IMG/VR virus record: IMGVR_UViG_3300045988_062804
From: a virus
DNA length: 64,000 nt
Strand: one strand, 5' to 3'
Part shown: one piece after another, positions 17,301 to 25,700 of the stretch
Layout of the letters: every line of letters begins with the position of its first letter
Position numbering within the stretch: position 1 is the first letter of the stretch
Program-made: the position numbers and the translations under genes
Notes under the pieces: generated by a model
Told to the model about the DNA's origin: nothing
Database searches by the model: none
What the model saw: only the letters and a program-made list of their open reading frames with translations

Positions 17301-19004
17301 GATACTGTGTTCTTTGAAACTAACTTGAATGACATTATCTATTCATATGCCTTTGTTAAAGAAAGGAAGAAAGCATACGATGAAATATTGCCAGTGGTTA
17401 AAGCTACTATGGTTGATATGCTTATGGAAGCTAACTTCCAGAACTTGGACATTAAGAATACTATAGGGTACACTAAGGACTATGTAAAGAACAAAATCAT
17501 TGGTCAAACATTAGTCCCAGAGAACCTTAAAGGATTAGCTCATTATATGGGTATGGTTAGAAACTTTACCACTACTGCCGCCTTAGGTTTCTCTCCTAAA
17601 TCTGGTCTATTCCAGATGATGGAAGGCTTCTGGAAGAATGCAGGTAAGGCAATCATTAGACCTATGGGTACTAATCAATTTGGATGGGATGAAGTACAGC
17701 AAGCCATGAAATGGGTAGCTGGTGATATGAAAGACCATTTCAAGATAGTATCGTTAGGAGAGCTGATAAATGAACAGTATGCCATTAATGACTTTGACTC
17801 TAACGTATATGATAAAAGGCTTAGAGGTGAACCTGGCTTGATTAACTTCCAGGGTAAGATGCTGTGGACTACCTCTGCACCTGACTACTTTAATAGAATG
17901 ACTCTATTTGTAGCTCAGATGATAAAGGATGGTTGCATGGATGCTTATTCAATGAAAGGTAATAAGTTAGTCTATGATTGGAAGAAAGATAAGAGATTCT
18001 CTGCATATGCAGCTGGTAATAAAGCTGATTCTAAGTATGGTTATCAGAAGGCTTTATATGAAGCTATGATAGACCAATTTAGAAATGAAGGTTGGAAGAA
18101 TGATAAAGGTCAACCAATCGGCTATGATGATGATTTACCAATGGCTTATACTAATAAGGAAGCTCAGAGTTTGAAATCATTTGCAGACCAAACTTATGGT
18201 TATTACTCACATGAAACTCAAATGATGTTAAAGAGCTACTTCCTCGGTGCTCAGTATATGCAGTTTAGAACTTATTGGTCAGCTTTGAAGAATAGGTACT
18301 TCCTAAAGAGTGGTGTATATTCACAAGGTAATTTCCAACAACTTGTAGACGAGGATGGTAATAAAGTTTATAAGAAACTTGTAACTATTAATGGTGTACA
18401 ACAGTATGTTCAGACTACTGAGAATACAGGTGAACCATTTATGGTGTGGAGAGGTAACTGGCAGGAAGGTATATTCATGTCATTTAGGGATGGATTCAAG
18501 GAAATGCTTGAAGGATTCCGTGATGATGGATTATCTGGAATAGTGAAGGGTGCTAAAGAATTTTGGAACACTAATAACAGTGAACTTAGAAGGGTAAGGC
18601 ACGCCAATTTACAGCAATTCGGATATGATATGGCTCTTTGGGGACTAATTGGTAGCCTACTTGGATACTTCTTAACCCAACTATTAAAGGAGCAACAGAA
18701 GGCTGATAAAGGTCGAGATTTGAGTTGGGGAGATGTAATGCTGAGAGATGCAGAAAGTATCTTCGTTTCCTCACTGATTACCTCAACTGACGATTTAGGT
18801 GCTTTTGAATCAATGCTATCACCTCTTACAGATTGGACCCCACCATCATTCAGAATGTTAACTAATATTTGGAATGATGGTTGTGCAGTGATTACTGGAG
18901 ATAAGGATTTTAGTAAAGCTGTCATAAATAACATCGGTGTACTAAGACAAACTAGAAACTTCTGGTACGATGCTAGTGAGACAGTTGAAAGTGCAATTGA
19001 ATAA
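14385..19004 (+). CDS. Large (1539 aa) protein with an N-terminal RecB/Cas4-like PD-(D/E)xK nuclease motif set and a C-terminal transmembrane helix
   Basis: LLGIIDLLVVDSDGQVHIYDYKTSDK (D256 ... D270-Y-K272) is followed by DYQLAVYRQLL (a QxxxY motif). This arrangement is typical of RecB-family nucleases. A hydrophobic helix MALWGLIGSLLGYFLTQLL lies near the C-terminus (about nt 18630-18690). The start is TAATG-coupled. Confidence 0.6.
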   Translation: MAKCGYTLLGRSFGSELELNNFLLNNKHSIDLGRISDIVFSLNTKKDEVVSILDGKLSWATKIQSIKRNPNSFLDDEDIDPESVKPYKGVTSAIKLFRQADGVTRFVPEFKIENFKEKCFERWGKDGFSAMEAKLVGKEPGVPVKENEMEGAFKALTTKWDLLGKVGTSLHKVAELFWKGESLSAIVQDDEVKNYLDPVMASHMYSNMEILRDQLIKLHGNGDPNSVKFYPEYVVAGDTQATDDNGNPIKLLGIIDLLVVDSDGQVHIYDYKTSDKAHVDFDSTKKLTFDYQLAVYRQLLESYGLPVSRAMMGIIPLSMQDFDGTTGNFSNITAPITTVNGVKEINIDYRDRNPRLSYDSASAFVTNNVEMVMPVEPVEDIVTKDFVEHMSTGFAKLFPGYKFNRELNEATLEALKRDVRYNASTGKWTLPDLKNPGKTLTFDTQAEAYKALESYHESLLSSKTRATERLIGNIRTAINTGNTNFLPLSNRKIKGHSAGWFIKECSRYCNSEWKVMDVPELTSLGIMLLFNKRAKYFDVLVLDNTPLKTQLKFKKGTSVLGEYASNVELEQRGILALEGIVGNVDLMKAMLALNELPDLFREGKFKLGEIRVLNQKDETGMHTSAWQLMQNFNELTKNGRAGVDNNFTTGKIQFLENYQLAYYNMIQFCALGKEQSKLNNVLSEFETNPIILDHSIENLIKMKKMLEQEYPNLTETKTTDFSSPPGIVYGYLLKAIKDLRGMHYVQEVRDGNKIVLLTDNPDVMASANLRNMYKVTTDGLVHLRTNLNNFAAEMRTAMEKFWKAKGYSTERRNLIGDQLSLFKNMFVTDRDGKIDSRMRVKSPFVDRTLDAAEKEFLTFWLDKLNRYRYQNMSESDLEEMRLDPDSEYYNVPLMEASSATKVQEGGKGLISWFKRKVDQFRNPKEWADRLITGALDSEHNEQLKEDMEKYEMIDMFEYSDNATSRSNALEEHDTVFFETNLNDIIYSYAFVKERKKAYDEILPVVKATMVDMLMEANFQNLDIKNTIGYTKDYVKNKIIGQTLVPENLKGLAHYMGMVRNFTTTAALGFSPKSGLFQMMEGFWKNAGKAIIRPMGTNQFGWDEVQQAMKWVAGDMKDHFKIVSLGELINEQYAINDFDSNVYDKRLRGEPGLINFQGKMLWTTSAPDYFNRMTLFVAQMIKDGCMDAYSMKGNKLVYDWKKDKRFSAYAAGNKADSKYGYQKALYEAMIDQFRNEGWKNDKGQPIGYDDDLPMAYTNKEAQSLKSFADQTYGYYSHETQMMLKSYFLGAQYMQFRTYWSALKNRYFLKSGVYSQGNFQQLVDEDGNKVYKKLVTINGVQQYVQTTENTGEPFMVWRGNWQEGIFMSFRDGFKEMLEGFRDDGLSGIVKGAKEFWNTNNSELRRVRHANLQQFGYDMALWGLIGSLLGYFLTQLLKEQQKADKGRDLSWGDVMLRDAESIFVSSLITSTDDLGAFESMLSPLTDWTPPSFRMLTNIWNDGCAVITGDKDFSKAVINNIGVLRQTRNFWYDASETVESAIE
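15150..15200 (+). other. PD-(D/E)xK core motif (D...DYK)
   Basis: gac at 15150-15152 (D256) and gac tac aag at 15192-15200 (D270 Y K272), in frame. Confidence 0.55.
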
Positions 19005-19621
19005 TGATTATTGGAATTTCTGGAAAGAAACAATGTGGTAAGGATACCGTATGCAAAATTATTAAGGCATTAGATATATGGAATAGGTACGGAGATGGGG
19101 ATATGCATACATTTGTAAAGATGTTACTTAAGAGTCCAAGTCCTTTAGGCAGTATATGGTACAAGCACGCATATGCTGATAAACTTAAACAAGTCTTAGC
19201 TATTATACTTAACGTAAATGTTAAGGCATTCGAGGATAATATATTTAAGATGTCTAACAGTGAGATAGCTAAACCAGAGGGAGGATATTATACTAATAGA
19301 GAACTTCTACAGAGATTTGGAACTGAGGTAGGTAGGAGTATATCTCCAACATTGTGGGTAGATGCTTTATTCATGGGCTACAGTGAGGACGACCACTGGA
19401 TTATTCCAGATGTTAGGTTTCCATCTGAAGCTGAAGCTATTAAGGAAAGGGGTGGTATAATCATTAGAGTAGATAGGGAAACCTTCTCTCGTGATACCCA
19501 TCCATCTGAAGTGGCATTGGATAATTATGAAGGTTTTGATTACAGAATAGATAACAATAACGATATAGAACATTTAATAGATAGGGTGAAAGGGATAATG
19601 TCCCAACTAAACCTTATATAA
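19004..19621 (+). CDS. Deoxynucleoside monophosphate (dNMP) kinase
   Basis: The N-terminal P-loop MIIGISGKKQCGKDTV resembles T4 gp1 (..LSGVKRSGKDT..). Size is 205 aa. Later motifs (VRFPSEAEAIKERGGIIIRVDR) are typical of phage dNMP kinases. A dNMP kinase is a known crAss-family gene. Confidence 0.7.
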   Translation: MIIGISGKKQCGKDTVCKIIKALDIWNRYGDGDMHTFVKMLLKSPSPLGSIWYKHAYADKLKQVLAIILNVNVKAFEDNIFKMSNSEIAKPEGGYYTNRELLQRFGTEVGRSISPTLWVDALFMGYSEDDHWIIPDVRFPSEAEAIKERGGIIIRVDRETFSRDTHPSEVALDNYEGFDYRIDNNNDIEHLIDRVKGIMSQLNLI

Positions 19622-19628
19622 AGCAATT

Positions 19629-19678
19629 AGGGCGATACTAGTTAACGAAAGTTAAACTAGGTCGCCCTTATTTTTTTA
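19629..19678 (+). terminator. Rho-independent terminator closing the plus-strand operon
   Basis: A long interrupted hairpin. The outer stem is agggcga (19629-19635) paired with tcgccct (19662-19668). The inner stem is ctagttaac paired with gttaaactag, with one bulged A. It is capped by a GAAA tetraloop (19647-19650) and followed by TTATTTTTTTA. Confidence 0.85.
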
Positions 19679-19693
19679 TTGAATTTAATTCAT

Positions 19694-19701
19694 TATCTTT
19701 G
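19694..19701 (+). promoter_or_regulatory. Possible -7 box (TATCTTTG = TAnnTTTG) for the homing-endonuclease-like gene
   Basis: It matches the Bacteroides -7 consensus 17 nt upstream of ATG 19719. No proper -33 TTTG sits at 19-21 nt spacing (only the terminator T-tract), so support is weak. Confidence 0.3.
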
Positions 19702-19718
19702 CATTAAAGTTTTAAAAT

Positions 19719-20429
19719 ATGATATACCTAATAGACTTACAAACGTGTTATAAAATCGGGAGTTGTTCTGATATTAATAAGAGAATCAAGTCCTTTAAAA
19801 ACGCAAGGGAAAATGTTAAAGTTATAGATTTAATAGTAAATCCTGAAAAGACATTAGATAGTAAGGAAGATATTAGAATAGAAAGAGATATCCAGGAATT
19901 ATGTAGTAAATATCTAATAACAAGAGAACTATTTATGAAAGATGATAACGTAGTATCTATATTTAGGGACTACAAACACAACGTAATAAAGGATAATACT
20001 TTATGGGAAATAGACGAAATTAATGAGACTAGTATAAATCAAAGCAAGCCAACCTATCAATACGATATGCTTGGAAACTTCATAAATGTTTATAAGAGTA
20101 CTTCCAACGCTGCCACTTTAACTGGAATTAGTCGTAGTTGTATTCAAAGAGCATGTACTGGTAATTCCAGTAGGGCTGGAAACTTTATATGGAGTTTTAA
20201 TGAATTAAACGCAGAAGAACTTAAAGATAAGATAAGTAAAGCTGAACTTACACTTCCATCTAAAATACAACAATTTACTAAAAGTGGAAATCTAATTGGT
20301 AGTTATGATTCAATCAGTGATGCTTTTAGAGCTACTGGAGTCAGAATTTCAAGTATATCATCATGTATAAATGGTAAGTATAAAAGTGCTGGGGGATATA
20401 TATGGGTAAAACAACAAAGGGAGGCGTGA
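19719..20429 (+). CDS. Free-standing homing-endonuclease-like protein: T5orf172/GIY-YIG-superfamily N-domain plus two NUMOD1/IENR1-like DNA-binding repeats
   Basis: The N-terminus is MIYLIDLQTCYKIGSCSDINKRIKSF (IY..YKIG..R pattern), with a later acidic IERDIQEL. Two C-terminal repeats are YKSTSNAATLTGISRSCIQRACTGNSSRAGNFIW and YDSISDAFRATGVRISSISSCINGKYKSAGGYIW. These resemble the helix-turn-helix modules of phage Seg/I-Tev-type endonucleases. Confidence 0.65.
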   Translation: MIYLIDLQTCYKIGSCSDINKRIKSFKNARENVKVIDLIVNPEKTLDSKEDIRIERDIQELCSKYLITRELFMKDDNVVSIFRDYKHNVIKDNTLWEIDEINETSINQSKPTYQYDMLGNFINVYKSTSNAATLTGISRSCIQRACTGNSSRAGNFIWSFNELNAEELKDKISKAELTLPSKIQQFTKSGNLIGSYDSISDAFRATGVRISSISSCINGKYKSAGGYIWVKQQREA

Positions 20430-20449
20430 GCCTCCCTTATTTTTTTTTA
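20419..20449. terminator. Bidirectional intrinsic terminator between the convergent blocks
   Basis: The stem is gggaggc (20419-20425) paired with gcctccc (20430-20436), with loop gtga. On the plus strand it is followed by TTATTTTTTTTT. On the minus strand it is followed by TTTGTTGTTTT. The stem overlaps the stop codon of the endonuclease-like gene. Confidence 0.8.
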
Positions 20450-21013
20450 CTTAGTTTTCTTCTCTACATATTCAGGTTCTCTTTCGTCCTGTTGCTTTAG
20501 ATAAGTAAACATTCTCTTACCTAACGCCTTATAGTCTTTCTCACTCTTTGATTTAGAAGCTCTCTTAGCCATTCTGATTAGGGTTCTTGTATTCTTTCTA
20601 CTAAAGATTCTCTCTCCTCCTTCTAATTCCATTTGAGTAGAACCATCAGGGGCAATTACCTTCATTTTAGGCAATTCTTCGTCCTCTTCAATATCAAGTT
20701 CATCTCCCTCTTTAATACCAGAGCCTTGATTAACTTCTAATACAAATTGTACGTCATCTTCCTCAGCTATATTCTCATTCTCAGGTTCTCCCTGATATAC
20801 TGATATTACTTCCATATCTTCATTAATGAAAATGATGTCTAGTGGAATTTTAGTGTCCTTCATCCAGAATCCTACAGTCTGAGGCTCCTCAAAGAAGAAT
20901 AACATTCCTTCATCATCTTTCATTTCTGTAACTCCTTGTAGACCTTTCATTCTTTCCTCTTCAGTTCTAGCACAAGTTACATTATACTCTCTGTCTCCTA
21001 TTTCAATCTTCAT
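20447..21013 (-). CDS. DUF192-domain protein with a charged C-terminal extension
   Basis: RMKGLQGVTEMKDDEGMLFFFEEPQTVGFWMKDTKIPLDIIFINEDMEVISV matches the DUF192 (COG1430) signature GL..r..l..d.GMlF.f......fWMk.t.ipLDiiFi. It is the last gene of the minus-strand block, and its start is TAATG-coupled. Confidence 0.7.
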   Translation of the reverse strand: MKIEIGDREYNVTCARTEEERMKGLQGVTEMKDDEGMLFFFEEPQTVGFWMKDTKIPLDIIFINEDMEVISVYQGEPENENIAEEDDVQFVLEVNQGSGIKEGDELDIEEDEELPKMKVIAPDGSTQMELEGGERIFSRKNTRTLIRMAKRASKSKSEKDYKALGKRMFTYLKQQDEREPEYVEKKTK

Positions 21014-22758
21014 TATTCAACTGTATTTAATAGTCCTGTGTTATCAACTGTATTCTCAAGAATCTCATGTACAAGCAGTTTACCAGCTTCAATAGCAGCT
21101 TCATCAGAACCGTCTTGCATTAGTTTCTCCAATTGCTTAGTAACCTCAAGATTGAAGATTATCTCTTCTCTCTCTACTTCTGCGTGTTGCTTAATGTCCC
21201 CGCCTTTCTCTTCTGTAATAACTGGAATACCTTTAGTAGTTACCTCTTCAAACTTCTCATCCACATTCTCTAAGTGATGTTTATGGGCATGTAAAGCACC
21301 ACTAGGAATTACATTAACCTTACCTCCCTCTGCAAACTTCTTAGGGACATATCTGTAATAATCCCCAGACGTGTCTAAGTCATATGAGTTTCTAAACTCT
21401 ACTGCTTCTGGGTCTTTAGAATTATACCACTCTAGTTCATATTTAAGAGTTGGATGGTCTTTAGCTTTCATAAACTCATAGATACCTGTTTCAGGGTCTA
21501 GATATACGGAATTTAGGTGATTCTTACCGTTCTTTAAATCAGACACACTTGATGTCCTCCAAGCCTCTAGTTCTTCTTTAGGGGCTAGTTCAAAAGCCCT
21601 TCTAAGGTTGTATGAAGTAGTATCGTTTCTATCTACTGGAATAGTTTTATACCAAGACTCAAATGTTACTTTGGGAGCAGCCCCTGTAATACCATCTACA
21701 ACACCACCCTTTTGAAAGCCAGCTACCTCTTCCATTCTAACCTCTTCTTGAATCTTCTTTCTCTTCTCTTTCTGTCCTTTAGATAGTTTAACTACTCTCT
21801 TAGCGAAGTCTCTATCCATCTTCAAGCCAGACTTACCAGCTCTTACTGTATTCTGCTGATAACCTCCATTTAGTTGTAATTGAGTTCCAAGTCCAAGCAA
21901 AGGATTGTTAGAAGCTACAAGTGCCATTTGGGCTTCATCAGCTATATTACCCATTTTGACTTGTTGCATCTGAGCATTGTGTATTTGTCTATTAGCTTTG
22001 TTCCTTGCTCCACCACTAAGTAATCCATACTTCTTACCACTCTTAGTAAGAGCATCATCTACAGTAGATTGAGTTCCACCGTAGGCAGAACCTACTTGTT
22101 CAAATGCTTCATTATCCTTAGTAATAGTATCGGCTTTCTTAGCTCCAATGGCATTAACCAATCCAATTGGAGTTAGTTTGAGAAACTTACTATCTAATAT
22201 CTTGTCCGCTGTAGTCATTTGGTCAGTTCCAACTCCCATAGCTGTTAAGCCATCTGATAACATTCCACCTACTTTCATAGCACCACCGATAATAGTACCT
22301 ACTCCAGGTATAGTAGACACAGCATTAGCAGCAGCATCATAGCCTTGATTTAGTCCAGTAGTTAGTGCTGATTGTTCTTTCTGGGGAATTAGACTTCCAA
22401 CTACATCAGCTATACCTCCAGCCACATTCATGGTGTTACCAATCTTAGCTTTGCTAAATATTCCACTATTAGGAGTAACAGTAGAGGAGTTCCCGCCAAA
22501 TCTCTTTATGTCCTGTATAGCCTTATTAGAATCTCTGTTGAATTTCAAGGACATACTTAATGGGTCTCCCATCTTAGCGTTAAAATCAATTAGGCTATTA
22601 GTCGGAGCCATTATTTGCTCAGCTGATTTACCAAAGTCAGCAGCCCAGTCCTTTCCCATTAAATTCTGATAGACTGGTGTCCCATTGTTTTGTGGAATGG
22701 TGTAGGGACCCCATGTTGAAGTCCCTCCCCACTGGTATCTTTTAACTAGTTTACGCAT
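21013..22758 (-). CDS. Cys-free 581-aa protein with glycine-zipper hydrophobic segments; candidate ejected/internal virion protein
   Basis: Gly-rich hydrophobic stretches are present (NVAGGIADVVGSLIP; IPGVGTIIGGAMKVGGMLSDGLTAMGVG). A His cluster SGALHAHKHHLEN lies at about nt 21262-21300. It has no cysteine at all. It sits directly after the two giant tail proteins, as the cargo gene does in crAss001-type genomes. Function is inferred. Confidence 0.4.
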   Translation of the reverse strand: MRKLVKRYQWGGTSTWGPYTIPQNNGTPVYQNLMGKDWAADFGKSAEQIMAPTNSLIDFNAKMGDPLSMSLKFNRDSNKAIQDIKRFGGNSSTVTPNSGIFSKAKIGNTMNVAGGIADVVGSLIPQKEQSALTTGLNQGYDAAANAVSTIPGVGTIIGGAMKVGGMLSDGLTAMGVGTDQMTTADKILDSKFLKLTPIGLVNAIGAKKADTITKDNEAFEQVGSAYGGTQSTVDDALTKSGKKYGLLSGGARNKANRQIHNAQMQQVKMGNIADEAQMALVASNNPLLGLGTQLQLNGGYQQNTVRAGKSGLKMDRDFAKRVVKLSKGQKEKRKKIQEEVRMEEVAGFQKGGVVDGITGAAPKVTFESWYKTIPVDRNDTTSYNLRRAFELAPKEELEAWRTSSVSDLKNGKNHLNSVYLDPETGIYEFMKAKDHPTLKYELEWYNSKDPEAVEFRNSYDLDTSGDYYRYVPKKFAEGGKVNVIPSGALHAHKHHLENVDEKFEEVTTKGIPVITEEKGGDIKQHAEVEREEIIFNLEVTKQLEKLMQDGSDEAAIEAGKLLVHEILENTVDNTGLLNTVE

Positions 22759-25700
22759 AACTTACGATATATAATGTTTTTAAAGCTGTTATTATAGCTA
22801 ACTCGTCACCAGTATATCTCACTTTAATCTTTATGTATTTGTCCCTAATTCTAGTCTCCTTCCTTTCATTAGACCATTTATTAACATCTAATGACAAGAA
22901 ATCTGCACTATAACCTCGGTCTCTTAGTTCAGATGGGATATCAGAGTTACTAGTAATATTTAGAGCAGTCATACTCTCTGGTAATGGGTTATTAACTAGG
23001 TTAAGAGGTGGGTATGTATTACCATCCTTATCCTTAACAGTCCAAGCTAATTCGTTCTTAGCCCAATAAGTTATAGAAGGTATTTGAATGTCCCACTTAT
23101 CTTCTAAGTAGTCCATGTTACCATTTATTCTACCATACTCCATAACCTCATACCATTTACCATTTTGAACTAGTACATTTGTATATCCAGCTGCTATAAG
23201 TGAGCTATATCTATCTTGAGTTATCTCTTGTAAATATCTCTTCTTAAAAGGACATGCCTTGACATGAGTAGCTATCTTAAATTCATTTAACTGATTATCA
23301 TGCACAATCTCTGAACCAGATATTGATTGGTAGTCTCTACCAGCTGATGTCATTGATTGATAATGGTCTTCAATATCGTTTAGACTATCTACCCTCGAAT
23401 ATAATAGTGGGAACATAACTGACATATCCTTGTACTTAGTAGTACTGTACAATATGTCTCTTTGTTCTGGTATAACATCCAAGTAATCATGATTATAAAC
23501 TATATCTGCACCATTATACTGGTATAGATGCTTAGTAGCCTCTTGCCTAAAATACATATTCTTTTTGTCTTTGGCAAAGTTATATACTTCTCCAACAACT
23601 TCAAAATGGAATGATTCAGGTTGGGTCTTATTACTTATAATCTGTAAGTTATTAAAGATTTTATGTACTGATGGATTATCAACTACAATAAATTCCAGCT
23701 CGAATGGATGTTGCTTACCATACCAATAGCAAGGACTAATTGGCTTTCTAGTAGGCATTAATCCAGCTTGACCATGTTTCCAGAATGAAGTAGTTAGTAA
23801 GTCATACCTCATCTTAGTAACTACAGTTACATTAGAGTATAATGTCTTTACTACATTTCTAACTTCACCTTCAACTAAATCAGTTCCTTGATTATATACT
23901 ACAGCTTTAATAGGTATTGTCCACCTACTATCTCCGACTGAATTGGCATTGACTGATACTTGATTACCATTAGTAATGAAGAACTTATTTCTAACTCTAT
24001 CATTAGCAATACTATACTCAATGTTAGAACCACTAATATCAAGATTTAGTTGTAAGTTACCTAACTTAGCTTTGCCATCTACTACAGTTAATACGTTGTC
24101 AACTACTGCACCACCCTGTATACTAATAAGAGGATAGTTAGAAGTTATCTTAGTAATTGTCTTAGATGTATTTCTGTCAAAACTAAAGAAGATGTTATCA
24201 ATATTCTCAGAATATGATGGAACCCATGAGTAGAATGTTACAAACTTCTGCATTACCTCATTGTAGCATAAATTCCATACATTCTCTTCCAATGTATTAA
24301 TATCATCATAGAAAGTAAACATCACATCTTGCTTAAACCTATTGTAGTGAGTTTTAACGTTCCTAATACCAATAATTGGAGTCTTCTCTTTCTCAGTAAG
24401 TGAGATATTGTCATTTAAGAACTTCTGTACTTTAAAGTCTGAGATAACCTCGAACAGTTGTCCATTAGTTCTCCAAATCTTCTTCCCGACTGTATCCACT
24501 CCATAGACGTAATAGGGAGTCTTGATGACACTCTCTGACCACTGAGTACCGAATGTATCAGACAGCATTTTTGGATTCTCTGGGAGTACGTTAGAGGTGT
24601 TTATGAAGATATTTCCACCTGCACCTTCACCTGCAACGGCTCTTTCATTGACTGGTATCAAAGCAACACCATGTTCAAATACACAGATAATGCTACCAAA
24701 CCATTCAACTAACTTAACTATACTACCGTAAGTTAATGGGTAGTCCCTATAGTTCATTAATTTGAATACTCTGTAACCATTCTTAAATGAGTCATTGACA
24801 TTAATGTCAGAGTACATTACTCTAATATGGAACTTATTCTTAATAGCTGGAACATTTGGTAGTTCATAGTAATACTTATCAGATGTAGTAGAGTTAATAC
24901 CACCATTTATAACAAATGATTCTGGTATTTTAGATTCACCAGTAACTGACATAGCTTGTAATGGATAGAATCCTCTAGCTTTACCAGTTAATCCTAACTC
25001 TGAAGTATATGACATATCAATACTTCTCATAGATAGGTTGACGTTGCTACATACCTTAATAGTAACCCAGTGCCCCATCTTAATGGCATTTACGTCACCT
25101 CTATTGATTTTGCCATTCTTCTCGCTATCACCTATTGTATAGTTATCCTTCCATGACATTTGGTCCACAATATCATCATTTATAGGAGCTGCTGAGTCTT
25201 GGAAGTTCCTACACATTCTATGTGTATAGTTACCTATATAGCAATCTCCTCTAAACAGGTTCTTAGCTATCATAGTATTCCCATCCTCATCTAAATCATC
25301 CCATAACATTCTGTTACACATAGCATAGAATGCAGATGAATCCTCATACCTAATTTCAAAGTAGGTATCTAATAGGTTCTCCTCATAGTTAGGAGTCTTA
25401 ATATCAATAAGACTCATCTTATTAGTATTATATCCTTCCAATCCTATGTAAGGTCCCCAACTTCCTCTTAGCAGGTTACGAGCATTAGAAGACTTATTTG
25501 TATAGTTATAGTAAGATACTCTCCATGCTTCTTCAGCTTCTCCAGCCCTTGCACTAAATAACTGTTTCTTACCCTTTAGTGCCTTAACATTATCACCAAT
25601 AGCCATAATGTTATATGTCTCGTCTTGGGTAGAATTATTAGTAACGTAAGATAGGTTATAGAAATGAGTACCACTTTTGTCAAAGTATTTCTTACCAAAC

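Larger units (their letters stand above)
19665..20446 (+). mobile_element. Putative mobile homing-endonuclease cassette inserted in the convergent terminator region
   Basis: A single gene lies between two intrinsic terminators. A 13-nt direct repeat CCCTTATTTTTTT is present at 19665-19677 and 20434-20446, which is the 3' half of each terminator. Mobility itself is an inference. Confidence 0.4.

Noticed and set aside
18410-19033. Long antisense ORFs inside the giant genes (207 aa at 18410-19033; 174 aa at 14336-14860; 167 aa at 15749-16252; 152 aa at 11704-12162; 123 aa at 2181-2552, and many shorter ones)
   Set aside because: All lie fully within much longer ORFs on the opposite strand. They have Ser/Leu/Pro-rich low-complexity translations typical of the antisense frame of biased coding sequence. 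They have no promoter, terminator or coupling signals of their own.
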